Positions 58,827 through 64,000 of a stretch of DNA of 64,000 nucleotides are shown here, in pieces. The notes under the pieces were generated by a model. It did no database searches, was not told where the DNA came from, and saw only the letters and a program-made list of their open reading frames with translations. Position numbers and translations under genes: made by a program. Source of the DNA: Eledone cirrhosa (Eukaryota); assembly GCA_964016885.1 (NCBI GenBank), contig OZ024741.1, positions 103,726,001-103,790,000 of the forward strand. Reading direction: 5' to 3'. Position 1 is the first letter of the stretch. Every line of letters begins with the position of its first letter.

Positions 58827-60160
58827 GTCCCTCTCTCTCTCTCTCTCTCGCTCTCTCTCTCTCTGTTCATTAGCCCACTGGGATCAAGCTTAATCTTCCT
58901 GAGATTTACTTTAAGGTTGCATGACATTCAAATTTCTGCGTTGCATTTGAAGCGTGACAGACGTGTCCACTTAGTCTATTCTGATATAGCTTACCTGATA
59001 CTACATTATCTAATATCTACTTCCTTGCAGAAGAACGCTGTTATTGACCAGGTTGCAAACAGTGCAACGAAGTTTCTGACTCCAGTAAAGTGGATTTAAC
59101 AATTTTTGTGTGTTTTTTATGGCTAAAATGACTCTTTTCCCACGATATAATTGCCATAGTTTTACACAGTATTTTATCAATGACTCTTCTTTCGCAATGT
59201 AATTGCTATAGTTTCAACAGTCTCAGATCAAATCACTTACCAGACAAGTACGACTGTGGCTAAAATGACTCTTCAACGATGTAAAGTGAAGTTAACAGTT
59301 TGTTTGTCTTTTGAATGGCTAAAATGACTTTTCCACAATACAATTCTTCCGTTCCTGTTTTTTTTTTTTGGGGGGGGGGGGGGGGGTTTAGATGGTATAG
59401 CCAGATATAAGAGAGAGATTTTGGCTACTATTGCTAGCATAACGAGCGATCACATAGCGGTTCCTATATTATCACATAGCTACTACTGCTGATGTACTGA
59501 TACTACTGGTGCTACTGCTACTGGTGGTGATGCTACTGTTGTTGCTACTACCTCCCACGGTTTTCTTAACATGGGGGGTGTCACCATTTCGTCCGGCCAC
59601 AGTCATACATCTTTATAATACATAAATACATAAATAAACAAATAGATATGTAGATAGATAGATAAATAAATAAATAAACAGCCTTGCATAAAACTCGGGG
59701 AAGCTTGATATCGCCCGACGTGCCAACCCCCACCGTCTAGCCACACACACTCACACACACATCGAAAAACCAAAAGCCAAAAATATGTGTGTATTTAAGG
59801 AAATGGTGTGTTCGTGGAAATGACATCTGTTGTTAGAACATTCTGCCGCTTGTCAGTTCAAATACGACAGAAACGACAGGCAGTGACGACAGCAATCATT
59901 AAAAGGACTGTAGAAGAAGAAGAAGAAGAAGAAGAAGAAGAAGAAGAAGAAGAAGAAGAAGAAGAAGAAGAAGAAGAAGAAGAGTCATAGTTAAGGGATA
60001 TACGTAGATACATTCAAATTAATAACTAAATATCAACTATATATAACGACTGTATATAAGGATTATATATAACAATTGTATATAACGACTATATATAAAT
60101 ATATAACTAAAAGAGAACAAATATAAGCACACATAAACACAGACACACAAATATACAGAG

Positions 60161-60216
<56 letters not shown>

Positions 60217-60265
60217 CACATAAGAAACGGAGAATCGGTGGTGCGACGAATAAAAATTTATTAGA

Positions 60266-60356
60266 CATATTACAATCGTTTTTCTAGCGACCAGCTCGAG
60301 GCACGATCGATGCAATGATCGAACCTGACTCTGAAATCGCAAGATCCTCAGATACG
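60266..60356 (-). ncRNA. Type I hammerhead with extended stem II inside foldback 60228-60444
   Basis: CGTAT-CTGAGGA-TCT-T-GCGAT...GTCGC-T-AGA-AAAAC-GATT-GTA-ATATG. The inverted arm preserves GAAAC. Confidence 0.72.
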
Positions 60357-60634
60357 ATTGCATCGATCGTGCCTCGAGCTGGTCGCCAGAGAAACGATTG
60401 TTATATGTCTAATAAATTTTAATTCGTCGCACTACTGATTCTCCTTTATAATAAATTAAAAGAGAAAATTATCGCTTTACATGGCTGAATACAAGAAATG
60501 TAATCTGAGTTTTTCGAATATTAAGAAGAGCAAGAATGGGGGACTCATTCTACTGACATGGCTTTAAAAAAGAGGCTGTTTGCATAATTTCAAACGAATC
60601 GAATATTATTATTAATATTCGAAAAACTCAGATT

Positions 60635-60710
<76 letters not shown>

Positions 60711-60735
60711 TATGTCTTCATTACGTTTATTGATT

Positions 60736-60816
60736 AGTGACGCGCGTTTGACTATTCATCAGCTCAGTATTCGATCTGTATCGATCTAGCCCGACTCTGG
60801 AACTTCTCGTTGGACT
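60736..60816 (-). ncRNA. Degenerate extended-stem-II hammerhead-like motif
   Basis: AGT-CCAACGA-...CAGAGTCGGGCTAGATCGATACAGATCGAATACTGAGCTG...CAAAC-GCGC-GTC-ACT, homologous to 8599 and 55757. Confidence 0.45.
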
Positions 60817-60861
60817 TCTGTTGTGGTAATGACAGATTGAACCTCTTCGGGATTAGAAATA

Positions 60862-60906
<45 letters not shown>

Positions 60907-60987
60907 TTGAGACAATAAACAGAAAACCAAAAAATAACGTGGAAGCGAAGAGGCAGTACAAATGTTAATATGAGGTTCACGCTTGAG

Positions 60988-61063
<76 letters not shown>

Positions 61064-61073
61064 CTCAAGCGTG

Positions 61074-61144
<71 letters not shown>

Positions 61145-61182
61145 TATATATACCTCTCAAGCGTGAAACTAATATTAACATT

Positions 61183-61215
<33 letters not shown>

Positions 61216-61293
61216 ACCTGTTATTTTTATCTAAAGAGATTTTTCCAAATTCCAACCCGCCCGTCCGCTCAATCTATCTTATTTCTCATTCTT

Positions 61294-61329
61294 TCTTCTG
61301 ATGAAGGTCGAGCGTCCGAAACGTTAAGA
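61294..61329 (+). ncRNA. Minimal type I hammerhead ribozyme
   Basis: TCTT-CTGATGA-A-GGTCG-AG-CGTCC-GAAAC-GTT-AAGA, with a palindromic AACGTT stem III. Confidence 0.82.
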
Positions 61330-61458
61330 CCCTCTTCCTGCTATATCAAGCGTTAACCTAATATATTCCTTCCATATACCGATTGTGTTGTTATTTCTGT
61401 TTATATTTTACAGCATGGCCTCAGCCGGATGGCTGAAACAGGTAAAAGAGTAAAAGAG

Positions 61459-61504
<46 letters not shown>

Positions 61505-62304
61505 TGTGTGGTGTGTGTATGTGCGCGTACGCGTGTGTATCTTTACTGTGAAGCTGCATAACTTAGTTATAAGGGCAATTGAGCTTACAACCGTAAGGTT
61601 GTGAGTTCAACTCTTGAACCAGACGGCTGTTATTGTCTTTGAAGAAGATAGTTATTTTAAGTTGCTTCAGTTCACTCAGCTGGAAATAATGGGTTGAGAC
61701 GTCACTGGTGCCCGGCTGTATTGGCGTTTGCCTTGGACAACATATATGGTGTTTCTACAGTGTATATATAGTGTATACATATTGTATATATAGAGTATAT
61801 ATGAGTTACGATTACACTGGTGTCAAGATATATCGCCCTTTGCCTTTCCTTTGAAGGTCATATATGGTGTATATATAATGTATATGTTTGTTGCAAGGAC
61901 ACTGTTGCAAAGTTGTATTGGCCTTCGTCTTTCCTTTGGTAACAGCAGTAACGTGGAGAGAGAAGATAGTATGCATGGGTTACTGCTGGTCTCCCACAAA
62001 ACACCTTGCCCAATCTTGCACCTTAGAGAGGAACTTTTCAAATGCGAGCCAATTGCTAGCCATGATCGAATGGAACCTTTAATATCATTGCTATTAAAGA
62101 CACAGTTATGTTCAATTTTAAACTTTTTTTATTAGATTTTATTTTCATATTTTATTATGAAACTATGTATATCGAGAAAAGTTGTTTATAGATTTAGAAT
62201 GTTGTTCTTCTAAACAAACTACAATAGACTCATATGGAATTGTGAAACAAAAACTGTCAAAAAAGTTAAAATTTGAACGTAGTCCTATCGTTAATTGTAT
62301 GTGA

Positions 62305-62396
<92 letters not shown>

Positions 62397-62534
62397 CTAT
62401 TTATATGTATAAGTTTGTGTACGTATGTGAGTATGTGGGGAGTGCGTGCGTGTATATGTGTGTATGTGAACGTGCAGAAGTAAATACGGACAGAGAAATA
62501 AGAGGGAGTGACAAAGTACGAGATAAATAGATAG

Positions 62535-62565
<31 letters not shown>

Positions 62566-62832
62566 GATAGATAGTGTTTGTGAGAGAGTGGGGGGAGAGA
62601 AAGAAATAGGGAAAGAACAAGAGAGTCTGCTACTAAGTGGCTAACTTTTATTTCTCTTCCACTTTGATAAACTGATGTTGGCCAATAAAAGATTATTTAT
62701 GAAACTCTAAAAATGTTTGCTCAAGACGGAACAACAACAATAATAACAAAAATAATATCAACAACAACAAAAACAACGACGTACATGAAATCACTTCTCA
62801 TAAAGTTAAGGAGCCATGAGTGTATATATATA

Positions 62833-62873
<41 letters not shown>

Positions 62874-62945
62874 GTGACGGAGCGTATGGGTATGTAGAGT
62901 GTTTATGTACATAAAGGTGTGTTGTGTGCATCTATGTATGTGTGC

Positions 62946-63011
<66 letters not shown>

Positions 63012-63178
63012 CAGATGAAACTCTTTAAACAGAAAAAATACTTTTGGTATAAATTGCGGTTTGTATATTATGCTTATGTGTCTATATAAATGTTCGTATG
63101 CACAGAGAGAGGGAGAGGGAGAGAGAGAGAGGGAGAGAGAGAGAGAGAGGGGGGGCGGAGAATCACAGACAGACTGTC

Positions 63179-63209
<31 letters not shown>

Positions 63210-63224
63210 AAGATAGATAGATAC

Positions 63225-63290
<66 letters not shown>

Positions 63291-63578
63291 TTCTTTATTA
63301 GCCACAAGGGCGCAACAAGAAAAGTGGACAATACAAAGACATGCCGGGGGTTTTACATACAGTCGTGTAAAAAATATAAAAACAAACAATAGATAGATAG
63401 ATAGATAGATAGATAGAAAATAGGTATGTGTAAGTGTATGTACTCAAATGAATGTGTATATCGGAAGCGCGGATAATCACACACATTGATAACGATACAT
63501 ATGTATGCGTGTGTGTGTGTATGTGTGTATGTATTTATGTATGTATATATATATATATATTGAATGCAGATTTGAAAA

Positions 63579-63614
<36 letters not shown>

Positions 63615-63626
63615 GGTACGGTCTGA

Positions 63627-63666
<40 letters not shown>

Positions 63667-63967
63667 TCCCTGCATAAATATTGAGTGGGTATGTCTGTAT
63701 GATTGTGTGAAAACGCGCGCGCATTTGCGTGCATTAGGGAGTGAGAGAAAGGAAGGGGAAGAAAGAGGGAAAGAGCGTGGGAGAGTGAGGGAGAAAGAAA
63801 GGAAGATAGTGTGAGGGGGAGGAGTAGAGATCATAAGCAATAGAAAAATAAATAACCAGACATAACAATATTTATTTAATAAACAATCCACATATTGGAG
63901 GTTTGAAAATTCTCGTCAAATAGGCACCACCATTATTACATACTCACGCGCATACTCACACACACAC

Positions 63968-64000
<33 letters not shown>

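Overview
AT-rich, microsatellite-saturated eukaryotic DNA with no recognisable host exon. The repeat content resembles an octopus/cephalopod genome, but that is inference only. Almost all ORF-track entries are (TA)n/(CA)n/(GA)n/(AAC)n translation artefacts. Real coding remnants are all decayed retroelements: an L1/Tx1-type LINE (1-2360), two RTE fragments, a CR1-group 3' end (40019-40885) and a Penelope-like element (PLE) with RT plus C-terminal GIY-YIG (48966-51320). The main hidden signal is about 30 type I hammerhead ribozyme (HHR) motifs from roughly ten sequence families, folded here by eye. They sit in short non-coding elements inserted into (TA)n tracts, mostly as long foldbacks or tandem arrays. 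They include a near-perfect 310-bp retrozyme-like array (34978-37607), a 420-bp tandem, a family with a conserved ~60-nt stem II insertion and variant cores, and hammerheads whose stem III is itself (UA)n. A tRNA-headed element shows the same foldback and TA-targeting architecture. Together these suggest a (TA)n-targeted PLE/retrozyme ecosystem. Element boundaries are approximate and no ribozyme activity is demonstrated.
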